From Gammaproteobacteria bacterium (lineage in GTDB: Bacteria > Pseudomonadota > Gammaproteobacteria > Eutrophobiales > Eutrophobiaceae): 64,000 bases of DNA. Numbering within the stretch: position 1 is the stretch's first letter; each line of letters begins with the position of its first letter. Shown piece after piece: positions 1 to 10,764 of this stretch. Both the position numbers and the translations under genes were made by a program. Where the stretch lies: the NCBI GenBank assembly GCA_963422205.2, contig CAXMWX010000003.1, positions 96,001 through 160,000 of the forward strand, read 5' to 3'. The notes below the pieces were generated by a model. That model ran no database searches, had not been told where the DNA came from, and saw nothing but the letters and a program-made list of their open reading frames with translations.

Positions 1-245
1 ATGTCGGTGATCCTCTCGGCCAGCGTCTCCACCAGCTGATACTCACTCTGCTGAACGAAACTGATGAGCCGCTTGGTCACCGCCTTGTAATTCACCGTGT
101 CTTCGATCCTGTCGGTGGCAGCGGCCCGGGCAATATCGGCGCTCATTTCAATATCCAGGATAAGGGTTTGCGTTGTACGTCGCTCCCAGTCATACACACC
201 AATGATGGTATCAATACGCAAATCGGATATGTAGATGATGTCCAT
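1..245 (-). CDS. folB: Dihydroneopterin aldolase (3' end beyond window)
   Basis: Minus-strand frame from ATG at 245 reads MDIIYISDLRIDTIIGVYDWER...TVNYKAV...LVETLAERI; divergent from plsY as usual. Confidence 0.93.
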   Translation of the reverse strand, partial: MDIIYISDLRIDTIIGVYDWERRTTQTLILDIEMSADIARAAATDRIEDTVNYKAVTKRLISFVQQSEYQLVETLAERITD

Positions 246-351
246 GCTCTGCTACTGTGTTCAATGGCGGGCGGGTAGCATAAGACAGATAGATCATCAA
301 AGACAAGACAAATGACTTGACCACGACAAGCGAAGGCAGTCCAATAACCTC

Positions 352-948
352 ATGTCTGTCTACCTTGGCATGGTCATCCTGGCGTATCTGCTCGGCTCGC
401 TCGCCAGTGCCATCCTGATATGCAAGGGCCTGCGGCTTACGGATCCGCGCATTCAGGGCTCCGGCAATCCCGGCGCCACCAATGCCCTGCGCCTGCATGG
501 CAGAAAAGTGGCCGCCCTGATCCTGGCCGGCGATATGCTCAAAGGGATGCCCGTCATCCTGCTGCTGCATCATCTACAGGCCGCCGATGTCTATATCGCC
601 GCGGCCGGGCTGGCGGCGTTTACCGGCCATCTGCTGCCGCTGTATTTTGGTTTCCGTGGTGGCAAAGGCGTGGCGACACTCATCGGCGTCCTGCTGGCTA
701 CCCACTGGCTGCTGGGGCTGACCTTCATCAGCATCTGGCTGTTGGTTGCCATGATCAGCCGTTACTCGTCACTGGCCGCCATGACGGCGGCGGGGCTGAC
801 ACCGCTATTCACCTGGTTATTGCTGGCTAATCCGATCTACGTCCTGAGCTTTGCGCTCATGTCAATCGCCTTATTGTGGCGTCATCGATCGAATATCACG
901 GCATTACTTAACGGCACGGAAAGCAGAATAGGGCAGCACAGCCCCTGA
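352..948 (+). CDS. plsY: Glycerol-3-phosphate acyltransferase PlsY
   Basis: YLLGS, GSGNPGATN and FRGGKGVAT motifs; hydrophobic; folB-plsY-tsaD synteny. Confidence 0.96.
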   Translation: MSVYLGMVILAYLLGSLASAILICKGLRLTDPRIQGSGNPGATNALRLHGRKVAALILAGDMLKGMPVILLLHHLQAADVYIAAAGLAAFTGHLLPLYFGFRGGKGVATLIGVLLATHWLLGLTFISIWLLVAMISRYSSLAAMTAAGLTPLFTWLLLANPIYVLSFALMSIALLWRHRSNITALLNGTESRIGQHSP

Positions 949-951
949 GCA

Positions 952-2016
952 TCAGTGCGCCCTGGCAGCAATCGGCCAGCGCGGATAGGCTGCAAACCCC
1001 AGGGGAGAATGCCGATCAGAATTCGGGGGAGATGTGATGGCCGCCGGCGGCTGCAATTTCACATAACCGGCATAGGCGATCATGGCACCGTTATCCACGC
1101 AGTAATCCGGCCGGGGATAAAACACCTTACCACCCCGTGCCTCCAAAAGGCGGCGCAGGCGCTCCCGCAACTGCTTATTGGCACTGACGCCACCGGCGGC
1201 CACCAGCTGCCTTGCACCGCTGACCGCCAGCGCCCGTTCACATTTAATCGCCAGCGTATCCACCACGGCCTCAACAAAGGCACAGGCCAAGTCGGCTCTC
1301 GCCTGTCTATTGTGTTCTTTGGAGGCTTGCTCACCGGCGGGCAACCCGGCGATGGCCGAGGCGGCGGCGGTCTTCAAGCCACTGAAACTGAAATCCAGCC
1401 CGGGCCTGTCCGTCATGGGCCGGGGGAAGGTATACACCCCCGGCCGGCCCTCATCCGCCAATGCCGATAGTGCCGGCCCGCCCGGGTAGCCGAGGCCCAT
1501 TAAGCGGGCCGTCTTGTCAAAGGCCTCGCCAGCGGCATCGTCCAGGGATTCGCCCATGAGCTGATAATCGCCAATCGCATTCACCAACACGAGCTGAGTG
1601 TGGCCGCCGGAGACCAGCAGGGCGAGAAATGGCAATGTCGGTGTATCCTCTTCCAGCATCGCCGCCAGCAGGTGTGCCTCCATGTGATTCACCGCCACCG
1701 CCGGCACGCCAAGCGCATAGGCCAGGCTGCGGCCAACGCTGGCGCCCACCAGCAATGCCCCGATCAGGCCCGGCCCGGCGGTATAGGCCACGGCATCAAT
1801 GGCGGACTTGTGCAAACCGGCCTGCTTCAGACAGGCATCGATCAGCGGGCTGATGCGGCGGATATGATCCCGGCAGGCCAACTCCGGCACCACCCCGCCA
1901 TAGTCGGTGTGCAGCGTGACCTGGCTGTGCAGTTGCTGTGCCAGAATACCCTCACCTGCCGCATAAATGGCAATCCCGGTCTCATCACAGGAAGTCTCTA
2001 TACCTAATATCCGCAT
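952..2016 (-). CDS. tsaD: tRNA N6-threonylcarbamoyltransferase TsaD
   Basis: [32 protein letters not shown] and DNGAMIA motifs. Confidence 0.98.
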   Translation of the reverse strand: MRILGIETSCDETGIAIYAAGEGILAQQLHSQVTLHTDYGGVVPELACRDHIRRISPLIDACLKQAGLHKSAIDAVAYTAGPGLIGALLVGASVGRSLAYALGVPAVAVNHMEAHLLAAMLEEDTPTLPFLALLVSGGHTQLVLVNAIGDYQLMGESLDDAAGEAFDKTARLMGLGYPGGPALSALADEGRPGVYTFPRPMTDRPGLDFSFSGLKTAAASAIAGLPAGEQASKEHNRQARADLACAFVEAVVDTLAIKCERALAVSGARQLVAAGGVSANKQLRERLRRLLEARGGKVFYPRPDYCVDNGAMIAYAGYVKLQPPAAITSPPNSDRHSPLGFAAYPRWPIAARAH

Positions 2017-2205
2017 TGTTCGTGCCTGGTTGATAAAATACCGCTAATTTAAGGTTGAATTTACTGCGATTCTGACTAGAATCCTCAGCTTCATTAATTT
2101 CAGGTTACGCTCTGTTAATTTCGGGATCATGCTTGCAGGCCATACCTGAATCAAACAGCCACTTGGTAGCCAAAGCCATTCATTCTGAGGATTAAGAATT
2201 ATTCC

Positions 2206-2421
2206 ATGCCATCTGTCAAAGTAAAAGAAAATGAGCCGTTTGACTTCGCTCTGCGCCGCTTTAAGCGTGCCTGTGAGAAAGCTGGCACACTGGCCGAGGT
2301 GCATCGCCGTGAGTCCTACGAAAAACCCACCCAGATAAGAAAGCGCAAGGCGGCGGCGGCGGTTAAACGCCATCAGAAACGCATGATGAAAAATAACCTC
2401 AGACAAACCCGGCTGTATTAA
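2206..2421 (+). CDS. rpsU: 30S ribosomal protein S21
   Basis: [21 protein letters not shown]...YEKPT, 71 aa. Confidence 0.98.
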   Translation: MPSVKVKENEPFDFALRRFKRACEKAGTLAEVHRRESYEKPTQIRKRKAAAAVKRHQKRMMKNNLRQTRLY

Positions 2422-2472
2422 TCCTGCCCGGCATCTCTCAAGCCGTATCATCGTATTACTGACCGCCGCCCT

Positions 2473-2934
2473 ATGGCTGATCTCAAGACCCGGATCACTG
2501 ATGATGTCAAGCTCGCCATGCGCCATAAAGACCGGCCCCGGTTGGCGGCGTTACGTCTTATAACGGCTGCCATCAAACAGGTTGAAGTTGATGAACGCAT
2601 TGACATCGACGATGCCAACGTCCTTGGCATCCTTGACAAGATGGTCAAACAGCGGCGCGATTCTATTGCACATTATGAGGCCGCCGGGCGCCAGGACTTG
2701 ATCCATCAGGAGCAATTTGAACTGGATCTGATCCAGTCCTATCTGCCGCCGCCTCTGACAGAGGATGAGATTGCCGAGTTGATCGATAGTGCGATTACCG
2801 ATACCGGGGCTGGCGCCGTCAAAGACATGGGCAAAGTCATGGCACAGCTCAAACCCGCCCTCAAGGGCCGGGCCGATTTGGGCAAGGTAAGCGGCCTGGT
2901 GAAGGCGAAATTAGGAAATGATAACGGAAGCTAA
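2473..2934 (+). CDS. yqeY: GatB/YqeY domain protein
   Basis: KQRRDSI, YLPP and KDMGKVM motifs; directly after rpsU. Confidence 0.93.
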   Translation: MADLKTRITDDVKLAMRHKDRPRLAALRLITAAIKQVEVDERIDIDDANVLGILDKMVKQRRDSIAHYEAAGRQDLIHQEQFELDLIQSYLPPPLTEDEIAELIDSAITDTGAGAVKDMGKVMAQLKPALKGRADLGKVSGLVKAKLGNDNGS

Positions 2935-3602
2935 CCCTCGTTTTCTTTGAGTAACTGCCTCACGACTCCTCGGATTTCCCGAATTCTCATCCGTTCGGTT
3001 AAGGAGAGAATGTACGTTTGCTGGCTGGACTGCTTGTCGTATTGACACAACTTCATCGTAGTCAATCTCAGCAGATCGCAGAATGCCCGGCCTGTCATCG
3101 CCTCCTGCGCGGTTATTTTGCCCTTGAAACCAGTGACTATAGCCTTGCGGTCATCCTGATTGAAACAGCAGAAATGGGCGGATAGGCGGTACGGCAACTG
3201 GTAGGCACTTCGCTCAATGAATGAGTGAATGGAATGTCGTCCCGCCATCGCCTTTTTGGTATCAAACTGGTGGCCATCTTTCAACTCCACTACATAACAG
3301 CCCTCGCGTCGCTTGAATATCAGGAAATCCGGCTCCGAACCGGGGAAGTCAATCGTCTCGCATTGTTTGATTTGCCGCTTGTTGGCTACCCATACTCCAT
3401 CAGGCATAATCTCTACTTGTAAAAATTCATCCAGATCATCAATTCGTTGAACACGATCCAGTATCATGCGCTCCAATTCTGTGCCAGATGATATGACGGC
3501 AGATTGGATGCGGCTTATCAGCTTGCCCAATGCAGGAATGCCGAACAGCCTGTCATAGCCACCAGAAGTCTCCTTCGGTTCAGCGTCCTGTCTCTGTGGC
3601 AT
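2931..3602 (-). CDS. Putative type II restriction endonuclease (PD-(D/E)xK), possibly with two compensating frameshifts near the C-terminus
   Basis: EPDFLIF...VVELKDG nuclease motif; ATG directly follows the methyltransferase TAA. Confidence 0.72.
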   Translation of the reverse strand: MPQRQDAEPKETSGGYDRLFGIPALGKLISRIQSAVISSGTELERMILDRVQRIDDLDEFLQVEIMPDGVWVANKRQIKQCETIDFPGSEPDFLIFKRREGCYVVELKDGHQFDTKKAMAGRHSIHSFIERSAYQLPYRLSAHFCCFNQDDRKAIVTGFKGKITAQEAMTGRAFCDLLRLTTMKLCQYDKQSSQQTYILSLTERMRIREIRGVVRQLLKENEG

Positions 3603-4361
3603 TTATCCGTTCAGATCACAGCCAAGAAAATGACGCCCGTGCAATTTGGCCGCCTCCATCACCGTAAAGTCACCAGCGGCCGGATCAACGATCACATCCC
3701 CCTCATGGCTGACCGCAGCGATCAATTCTCCTTGCAGGTCTATGGGTTTTTTATGCGGGTGGCCGTTTGCATTTTTCACCTTCTCACGCCAGGTATCGGG
3801 TATGTTATGGTTTTTCCAAACGCCTTTGGCCTTGCGCGGCTTGCGTTGCAACACGATGCAGTATTCGGTCGTCCGGCGGCTTCGATAGCCCATGCCGATT
3901 TTTCCCTTGTCCCAATTCACGAGATCAACGACATCAAGATCGGTGCCAGCCAGCCATTCACGGAAGCCGTTGCATAAGTGGAACTTGTCGACCCATAAAA
4001 ACACATGGCCGGACGGTATCAGTATCCGATCAATGCGTTTGACAAAATCCGCTATTACCTGCCCGCTCATCTGCTGCAATGCCGCACGGCGCATCCCGCG
4101 CTTTTTGCCTTCATTGCCGTAGCTCATCTTGTCCAGTAACCCGCGATACTGCGGATCAAAGAACACCACCGGAATGGTGGCGGCCGGCAGCTTCTCTAAC
4201 AGCCTCATCCCGTCCATTTGCAGACGGGTATTCAACGCCACCCCCGCCGGCAGAGCAATCGCTGGCGGCCGTATGGTGCGGACGCTGGAGAAAACACTGG
4301 CCGTTGACGCATTCGGAGTTGGCGATAGGGGATCCGTTTTTTCTCTAGCCGATCTGACCAT
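3603..4361 (-). CDS. Site-specific N4/N6 DNA methyltransferase, beta class
   Basis: Catalytic motif IV FFDPQY precedes HPHKKP and SAM-binding motif I VDPAAG. Confidence 0.88.
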   Translation of the reverse strand: MVRSAREKTDPLSPTPNASTASVFSSVRTIRPPAIALPAGVALNTRLQMDGMRLLEKLPAATIPVVFFDPQYRGLLDKMSYGNEGKKRGMRRAALQQMSGQVIADFVKRIDRILIPSGHVFLWVDKFHLCNGFREWLAGTDLDVVDLVNWDKGKIGMGYRSRRTTEYCIVLQRKPRKAKGVWKNHNIPDTWREKVKNANGHPHKKPIDLQGELIAAVSHEGDVIVDPAAGDFTVMEAAKLHGRHFLGCDLNG

Positions 4362-4554
4362 GGTATTACATGATTAATTGATTGCAGTCAGTAGTAGATC
4401 ATACATGATAAAAGCCATCAAAAGTTATTTGACTTCAACAAGTTAATCATTTCATGGTTAGCAAGCACAGTAACGGCTGCAACTCCCCGGCATCTTAAAA
4501 TAAAGACCAGCAGGTTTCACTGTGTCATAATGCGGCCTTTATACTTGCCCTGCA

Positions 4555-6309
4555 ATGGCCGGACATATCCCCAGAGATTTCATTGAAGACCTGCTCGCCC
4601 GCATCGACATCGTTGATGTGATAGATGACTGCGTGCCCCTACGCAAGGCCGGCAAAAATCATCAGGCCTGCTGCCCGTTCCATGAGGAGAAAACCCCCTC
4701 ATTCACCGTCAGCCAGGATAAGCAGTTCTATCATTGCTTCGGTTGCCATGCCAACGGCACAGTGATCAGCTTCCTGATGGAGTACCGCAACATGCGCTTT
4801 CCCGAAGCTGTGGCAGAGCTGGCCAGTCGCTGCGGCTTATCGGTTCCGCAGGCAGCAGGATACACCCCGGCGATCAACGCCCATGCCGAGTTGCACGAGC
4901 TGCTGGAGTTGATTATTCAGCACTACAAGCGGCAGTTACGCGAACACGGCAAACAGGCGGTGGATTACTTAAAACAGCGCGGCATCAGCGGGGAGATTGC
5001 CGCCGCCTATGAACTGGGCTATGCACCGCCCGGCTGGGACAAGCTGCTACAGCAATTTGCCCCCTCGAAGGCAGCTGCACAACGGCTGGCACAAGCCGGC
5101 ATGATTATCGCCCGTGATGATGGCAGCTATTACGATCGATTTCGTGACCGTATCATGTATCCGATTCGCGATCAGCGTGGCCGGGCTATCGGTTTCGGTG
5201 GCCGCATCATGGGAGAGGCAACCCCTAAATACATCAACTCCCCGGAAACGCCCGTATTTCACAAAGGCAAGGAATTATACGGCCTCCATCAGGCGCGGCA
5301 GAAAGATAAACATCTGCGCTGCCTTTATATCGTTGAGGGGTATATGGATGTGATCGCACTGGCGCAGTACGGCATCCACAACGCCGTTGCCACCCTGGGC
5401 ACGGCAGTCAGCAGCGATCATATTGCGCGCCTGTTCCGCAATACCGGCCAGATTATCTTTTGTTTTGATGGCGATGAGGCCGGCAGACAGGCCGCCTGGC
5501 GTGCCATGGAGACCACCCTGGCGCACCTGCGTGATGGCCGAGAGGCACGCTTTAAGTTCATGCCGCCGGGCGATGATCCGGATTCTTACGTGCGAACCTA
5601 CGGCGCCGAGACCTTCCTGAACCCGGCAGATGCTGTGCCGTTATCCGATTTCCTGCTGGATGGCTTGACATCCAGCACGGATCCGGGTTCGCGTGAAGGC
5701 CGTGCCAGGCTGTTGCATGAGCTGCTGCCGTTTATCAACAAGCTGCCCCGCAGCGGCCTTAAAGACATGCTGATCCAGGATGTCGCCACCTTATGCAGGC
5801 TGCAACGGCAACACATTGAAGACCGGCTGGCCGGGCTGCCCGTTGATAAACCGCAGCACACCACCCGCACGGCCAAAACCAGAGCACCTGCCGGGGATGG
5901 CCGCGGCCTGCTGGGTAATATCGTGTGTTATATTTTGATCAAGCCTGAATTGGCCAAATACGTGGATGAGGTTGAGGCATTGCGCGCTGTCCCGGTGGCC
6001 GGGGTCAATTTCCTCATTGAACTGCTTGAACTTGTGCATCAGCGCCCCGATATACCTTGCGCGGCCATTATTGAACACTGGCGGGGGACGCCTTATGAGG
6101 CACGCCTGCACCAGCTGATCAGTAGCTCTGACATACTGGATGAGGATGGCTTTGATCTGGAGCGCCAGTTCCTGGATGCCATGGACAGGCTGAGAGAAAA
6201 ACAACGCCAACAGGAGCTGGCGATATGCGCTGAGAAGAACCCCAGCGAGATGTCAGAGGCAGATAAGGACGCCTTGAGGAAGCGGATTTCTGCGCTAAAA
6301 TTAAGCTGA
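4555..6309 (+). CDS. dnaG: DNA primase
   Basis: CPFH..TPSF..CFGC zinc finger; KYINSPET; EGYMD; FDGD TOPRIM motif. Confidence 0.98.
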   Translation: MAGHIPRDFIEDLLARIDIVDVIDDCVPLRKAGKNHQACCPFHEEKTPSFTVSQDKQFYHCFGCHANGTVISFLMEYRNMRFPEAVAELASRCGLSVPQAAGYTPAINAHAELHELLELIIQHYKRQLREHGKQAVDYLKQRGISGEIAAAYELGYAPPGWDKLLQQFAPSKAAAQRLAQAGMIIARDDGSYYDRFRDRIMYPIRDQRGRAIGFGGRIMGEATPKYINSPETPVFHKGKELYGLHQARQKDKHLRCLYIVEGYMDVIALAQYGIHNAVATLGTAVSSDHIARLFRNTGQIIFCFDGDEAGRQAAWRAMETTLAHLRDGREARFKFMPPGDDPDSYVRTYGAETFLNPADAVPLSDFLLDGLTSSTDPGSREGRARLLHELLPFINKLPRSGLKDMLIQDVATLCRLQRQHIEDRLAGLPVDKPQHTTRTAKTRAPAGDGRGLLGNIVCYILIKPELAKYVDEVEALRAVPVAGVNFLIELLELVHQRPDIPCAAIIEHWRGTPYEARLHQLISSSDILDEDGFDLERQFLDAMDRLREKQRQQELAICAEKNPSEMSEADKDALRKRISALKLS

Positions 6310-6434
6310 AACCAGTCTGCCTAGCCCTTGGGGCAGTTGTATGCTATGCTTTAAGATTATTTTTTTGTCTGCCGTTTATCCGGCGATATGTTTATCCGAC
6401 AACGCACCTGATAACACCAAGAGATTAAAACAAC

Positions 6435-8297
6435 ATGTCAGAAATTGAAGAATACGCCAGCCCGCCACAAGCCATCAGCGAGGATGATGACGAACAATCA
6501 CAACTGAAACTGCTCATCGCCAAAGGCAAGGAGCAGGGCTTTTTGACCTACCATGAAGTGAACGAACACCTGCCCGATGAGATAGTCGACCCGGAGCAGA
6601 TCGAAGAGATCATCAATATGATTACGGATATGGGCATTGAAGTGCATGAGTCGCCGCCGAATCTGGATTTGCTGATGTCTGCCAACACTACCGGCAGCAC
6701 AGATGATGCGGCCTCGGCGCTGGTGGCGGTGGAGAACGAATTTGGACGCACCACCGATCCTGTGCGTATGTACATGCGTGAGATGGGCACGGTCGATCTG
6801 CTGACCCGGGAAGGCGAGATCAAGATTGCCAAGCGCATAGAGGACGGGATTAACCAGGTGTTGTCAGCGCTGTCGTTATACCCGAACACGATTGACATGC
6901 TGATTGACGCCCACGGGCTGGTCGAGAAAGAGATCATGAAGCTGGCCGACATCATCGTTGGCTTTAACGATCAGGAAGAATACCCGGATGAGGGCTTGCC
7001 ACCGCCGGTCACCGAGGCGGCCAAGCGTGATACGAACACCAGCAAAGAGACCGACTCCGGCAGTGATGATGCGCCCGATTCCGCCATTGATACGGAAGAG
7101 ATACGGCGCACCATCAGGACGATTGACGGGATTCACAAAAAACATATCAAGGCGTTACAGCGCTATGGCCGCACGCACAAAAAGACCATCGCCCTGCAAG
7201 AGCAACTGACGGCAAAATTCATGGAGTTAAAACTTGCACCACGTTTTATTGATGATCTCACCAACAATGTCAGGGTGTTGATCGAGCTTATCCGTTCCAC
7301 CGAGCGTGAGGTGATGAAACTCTGTGTCCGTGTTGCCAAGATGCCGCGCAAGGATTTCATCGACTCTTTTCCCGGCAGTGAAATACAGCTTGACTGGATC
7401 AAACAGCATGTAAACAGCAACAGCCCCTATTCCTATGCCCTGGCGGGGATGCAGGAGGATATCATCAGGCTACAGCAAAGGCTGGCGGTTGCCCTGGAAG
7501 ATAATTTGTTGAGCATTGTGGAATTAAAAGAGATCAACCGCAAAGTCTCGCTCGGCGAAGCCAAGGCTAGACGGGCGAAAAAAGAAATGGTTGAGGCCAA
7601 TCTGCGGCTGGTGATCTCCATTGCCAAAAAATATACCAATCGTGGCCTGTTGTTTTTGGATCTTATCCAGGAAGGCAACATTGGCTTGATGAAGGCGGTG
7701 GATAAATTCGAATATCGCCGCGGTTACAAATTCTCAACGTATGCGACCTGGTGGATACGTCAGGCCATCACCCGCTCTATCGCCGATCAGGCCAGAACGA
7801 TTCGCATTCCAGTGCACATGATTGAGACCATTAACAAGCTCAACCGCATCTCGCGCCAGATACTGCAAGAGAAGGGGCGCGAGCCGACACCGGAAGAGCT
7901 GGCAGAAAAAATGGATATGCCGGAAGAGAAAGTCCGCAAGGTGTTGAAGATCGCCAAAGAGCCTATCTCCATGGAAACCCCGATAGGCGATGACGATGAC
8001 TCGCACCTGGGCGATTTTATCGAGGACTTGAATACCCTGGCACCATCGGACTCGGCCAGCTTTGAGGGTCTGCGGCGTGCAACCTGTGACTCCCTCGGCG
8101 GCTTAACCCACAGAGAGGCCAAGGTGCTGCGTATGCGTTTCGGTATTGATATGAACACCGATCACACGCTGGAGGAAGTCGGCAAGCAGTTTGATGTCAC
8201 CCGTGAACGTATCCGGCAGATTGAGGCCAAGGCGCTGCGGAAGTTACGTCACCCAAGCCGGTCGGAGCAATTACGCACATTTCTGGATCAGGGATGA
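6435..8297 (+). CDS. rpoD: RNA polymerase sigma-70 factor RpoD
   Basis: [33 protein letters not shown] and TRERIRQIE; acidic region 1.1 and non-conserved region present. Confidence 0.99.
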   Translation: MSEIEEYASPPQAISEDDDEQSQLKLLIAKGKEQGFLTYHEVNEHLPDEIVDPEQIEEIINMITDMGIEVHESPPNLDLLMSANTTGSTDDAASALVAVENEFGRTTDPVRMYMREMGTVDLLTREGEIKIAKRIEDGINQVLSALSLYPNTIDMLIDAHGLVEKEIMKLADIIVGFNDQEEYPDEGLPPPVTEAAKRDTNTSKETDSGSDDAPDSAIDTEEIRRTIRTIDGIHKKHIKALQRYGRTHKKTIALQEQLTAKFMELKLAPRFIDDLTNNVRVLIELIRSTEREVMKLCVRVAKMPRKDFIDSFPGSEIQLDWIKQHVNSNSPYSYALAGMQEDIIRLQQRLAVALEDNLLSIVELKEINRKVSLGEAKARRAKKEMVEANLRLVISIAKKYTNRGLLFLDLIQEGNIGLMKAVDKFEYRRGYKFSTYATWWIRQAITRSIADQARTIRIPVHMIETINKLNRISRQILQEKGREPTPEELAEKMDMPEEKVRKVLKIAKEPISMETPIGDDDDSHLGDFIEDLNTLAPSDSASFEGLRRATCDSLGGLTHREAKVLRMRFGIDMNTDHTLEEVGKQFDVTRERIRQIEAKALRKLRHPSRSEQLRTFLDQG

Positions 8298-8478
8298 GTG
8301 TTTTCAGGCCAGAGAGCGCTCAAGGAGGGCAGCGCTCACACGTTAAGGTGACAGGAACTGATCTATCGCATGGCGTCCTGTAACTCGCTGTCCGCTTGCG
8401 TTATAATAACCATCGTCATTGCAGACATGCACAGTGTGAACACATCTGATCAAGCATGTCTGACAAGTTTTCTATAGA

Positions 8479-8792
8479 GGGCCTGTAGCTCAGTTGGTTA
8501 GAGCAGTGGACTCATCAAAACGGTGCGTTCATATCGAAAGATATGAAATGAACGGGATGAATTCAGGGAAACCTTAACGGTTACGCTGATGGCAACCCTG
8601 AGCCAAGCCGGGGGTACACCGCCGGAAGGTGCAGAGACTACCTGAGAACTTCAGTGTTCTTAATAACAGGCAAGAGCGTCCCGCACCCTGCCGTTATCGG
8701 TATTAGGGGTGATGAGATAGTCCGCTCCTGTTGGAAATAACAGGAAAGAGTGAATCCATTGGTCGTAGGTTCAAGTCCTACCGGGCCCACCA
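8479..8792 (+). tRNA. ileX: tRNA-Ile2 (anticodon CAU, lysidine type) in two exons, 8479-8515 and 8753-8792
   Basis: Joined exons give a 77-nt cloverleaf: acceptor GGGCCTG/CGGGCCC-A-CCA, anticodon stem GTGGA/TCCAT with loop CT-CAT-AA, T-loop GGTTCAAGTCC. Resemblance to E. coli ileX and position after rpoD favour Ile2 over Met. Confidence 0.9.
8516..8752 (+). ncRNA. Group I self-splicing intron (237 nt, no ORF) inserted 3' of the CAU anticodon
   Basis: Exon ends in U and pairs with GUG guide; P2 TTCATATC-GAAA-GATATGAA; core AATTCAGGGAA / CCCTGAGCCAAG / GCAGAGACTA / GATAGTCC; P3 CGGGAT/GTCCCG; P9 CCTGTTG-GAAA-TAACAGG; terminal G. Confidence 0.95.
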
Positions 8793-8873
8793 TTTCATGC
8801 CGTTCAGCCGTACCTGGAACAGCGGCTTATCCTTGCCTGTCTACCCATGGCAGGTCGAATGGTTAATCTGCCC

Positions 8874-9350
8874 TCATGTGCCGGAGGGTTGTATCCTGCT
8901 TATTTTGTATCGGCGGCGGTTCTGTATTCCTCGGATAATATGCGCCGTCAGCAAGAAGGGAATGAGGAAGCCGACAGCTGCATGCAAGTAAGCAATGATC
9001 GTTCTGATATTCTCAGCTGCAAGGTAGTAAAGCGCATAAGCCGTTATGATTTGAAATGCAAACGCACTGCATAGCGTCATGCCCAGATAGCGCCATTTGG
9101 CCAGCGCCAAACCAGAGGCGATATGACTGAATAACAGGCCGCCATAAATTATCATCATCAGAAAAGCAGCAGCACCATGTAGCATCAATGCAGGTTGTTG
9201 CCAGGGATGTTTTTCAGGGCCGAATTCGCCTTCCACGATGAACCATGTATTTAAGATAAAAAACACGACCCCGCTAACCCAGCTTGTTGTTAATGTGGCA
9301 AACAGAAACAGCCTGAAACTCAGCGGTATTCTAAGCGTTATGAACGACAT
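8874..9350 (-). CDS. Four-TM membrane protein with four histidines, possible di-heme cytochrome b-like electron donor
   Basis: Four hydrophobic segments; His in LHGA, SHI, LHAA and AHI; last gene of the ApbE/FMN operon. Confidence 0.6.
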   Translation of the reverse strand: MSFITLRIPLSFRLFLFATLTTSWVSGVVFFILNTWFIVEGEFGPEKHPWQQPALMLHGAAAFLMMIIYGGLLFSHIASGLALAKWRYLGMTLCSAFAFQIITAYALYYLAAENIRTIIAYLHAAVGFLIPFLLTAHIIRGIQNRRRYKISRIQPSGT

Positions 9351-9364
9351 GATTGCAGCACATT

Positions 9365-10186
9365 TTAAGACAGTCTGCCTGTCTCATCTATCACGACCAG
9401 TGTGGCGTTGATCGAATCAAACAGCACATGATACCCACGCAGTAGATAAGCGACTTTTGTCAAGCCATCTGCCAGCATGCAACTGTCGGCAAAGACGGAA
9501 AAACTGCTGTTTTCCATTACGGGAAGGCCGGATGCCGGTGTAATGATGACACTGCTGCCATCCAGATAGTAAGCGGCGCTGGTGGCAAGCGCATCTGCCT
9601 GCATCTGTAGTGCTACCAGTGTTTTTTTATCTTCGCCGGGAGACTTGATGAAGACCTCTTTGCCTTGCCAGTGATTCATACGAAGATCGCCACCCGCATT
9701 GACTGTGACATCCACATCATCATCAAATAATGAGATGGCCTGATCGACGGCATATCCCTTGGCAATGCCCCCCAGATCGATAAGCATGTTTTTTTCAAAG
9801 CTAACCTCCCCGGCCTGCAATGTTATGTCTTGCCAGCAGGCAGACGGCTCAACGTTATTTTTAATACAAGGCAGATGCCCTCGTTTGACCAATTCCGGTG
9901 CGATGCTGATATCAAAAATACCATCGGTTAATGCGCTTATTTCCAGCGCCTGCCTCAGCACGGCCTCCATATCCCCGGAAATTTTGCATGGATTAAGATG
10001 GGCATTTAAGTTGATATGTGTGAGCTCGCTGTCAGCATCATGAAAGCTCATCAGTTTTTCAATTCTCTGTATTGCTGCATAAGCCTTGTTGCTCATCTCA
10101 ATAAGCACATCATCCGTCACATCAGCCGTGATATTCACTTCAACATAAGTGCCAAGCAACGGCTTACAGCGGGAAAGGGAATTCAT
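9365..10186 (-). CDS. apbE: FAD:protein FMN transferase (ApbE family)
   Basis: LLGT, SEL, FDISI, DLGGIAKGYAVD, NAGGD, ATS and ADGLTK motifs. Confidence 0.92.
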   Translation of the reverse strand: MNSLSRCKPLLGTYVEVNITADVTDDVLIEMSNKAYAAIQRIEKLMSFHDADSELTHINLNAHLNPCKISGDMEAVLRQALEISALTDGIFDISIAPELVKRGHLPCIKNNVEPSACWQDITLQAGEVSFEKNMLIDLGGIAKGYAVDQAISLFDDDVDVTVNAGGDLRMNHWQGKEVFIKSPGEDKKTLVALQMQADALATSAAYYLDGSSVIITPASGLPVMENSSFSVFADSCMLADGLTKVAYLLRGYHVLFDSINATLVVIDETGRLS

Positions 10187-10207
10187 CAACACGGCCACGA
10201 AGTGAAT

Positions 10208-10756
10208 TTACAGGCGGCTCAATACCTGCTGCCATGTATGTGTGAGGCGATTGACCGCATCGGTGATATGCCGGCAAGACAAAGTGGCACCTGAGATATT
10301 TTTTATCTGCTTGTCAAGTTTTAATATCTCCGTGTGATCCCTGCCATGGAACTGGGCACGCCATTTATCATTTCTGATCTCATGCCCGTAGGTTTCACGA
10401 TAGACCAGCACCTCAAGCCCTTTGACTTTTCCATCGGCCGTCAATGCAAAGGCGACATCAATATTCTCATGCTTGCCTATGACTGAATCAACGATAAACC
10501 AGCCCTGCTGACCGACCTTCCAGGTCTTCAAAACACGGCTTCTGACCCTGGTCTTCGATGTCTTGTGAATCGACTTCATTTGCGCTTTTGAAAGCTCGAC
10601 CGTGACAGGCTGCATGGCGGCATCACCCCAGAGTATTTTCTTTGCCTGTGCAACCGTGAGATAGGTTTTGGCCTGAAGTGTTAATGGTTTGAACAGCAAG
10701 CCCAATAAGGCCGCCGATAATGAGGTTGTCAATGTGCGTCTTTTCACAAAGAGCAA
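10208..10756 (-). CDS. FMN-binding (flavinylated) domain protein; start may be GTG at 10747
   Basis: C-terminal ISGATLS matches the [S/T]GA[S/T] flavinylation motif; YRETYG; N-terminal KRR plus hydrophobic signal. Confidence 0.85.
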   Translation of the reverse strand: MLFVKRRTLTTSLSAALLGLLFKPLTLQAKTYLTVAQAKKILWGDAAMQPVTVELSKAQMKSIHKTSKTRVRSRVLKTWKVGQQGWFIVDSVIGKHENIDVAFALTADGKVKGLEVLVYRETYGHEIRNDKWRAQFHGRDHTEILKLDKQIKNISGATLSCRHITDAVNRLTHTWQQVLSRL

Positions 10757-10764
10757 GAGGCTGA

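Noticed and set aside
8479-8792. Calling the tRNA Met or fMet because of the CAU anticodon
   Set aside because: G1-C72 is paired and the three consecutive G-C anticodon-stem pairs of initiators are absent; sequence and position match Ile2
8731-8991. 86-aa ORF on the + strand
   Set aside because: Overlaps the intron 3' end, tRNA exon 2 and an antisense gene; no homing-endonuclease motifs
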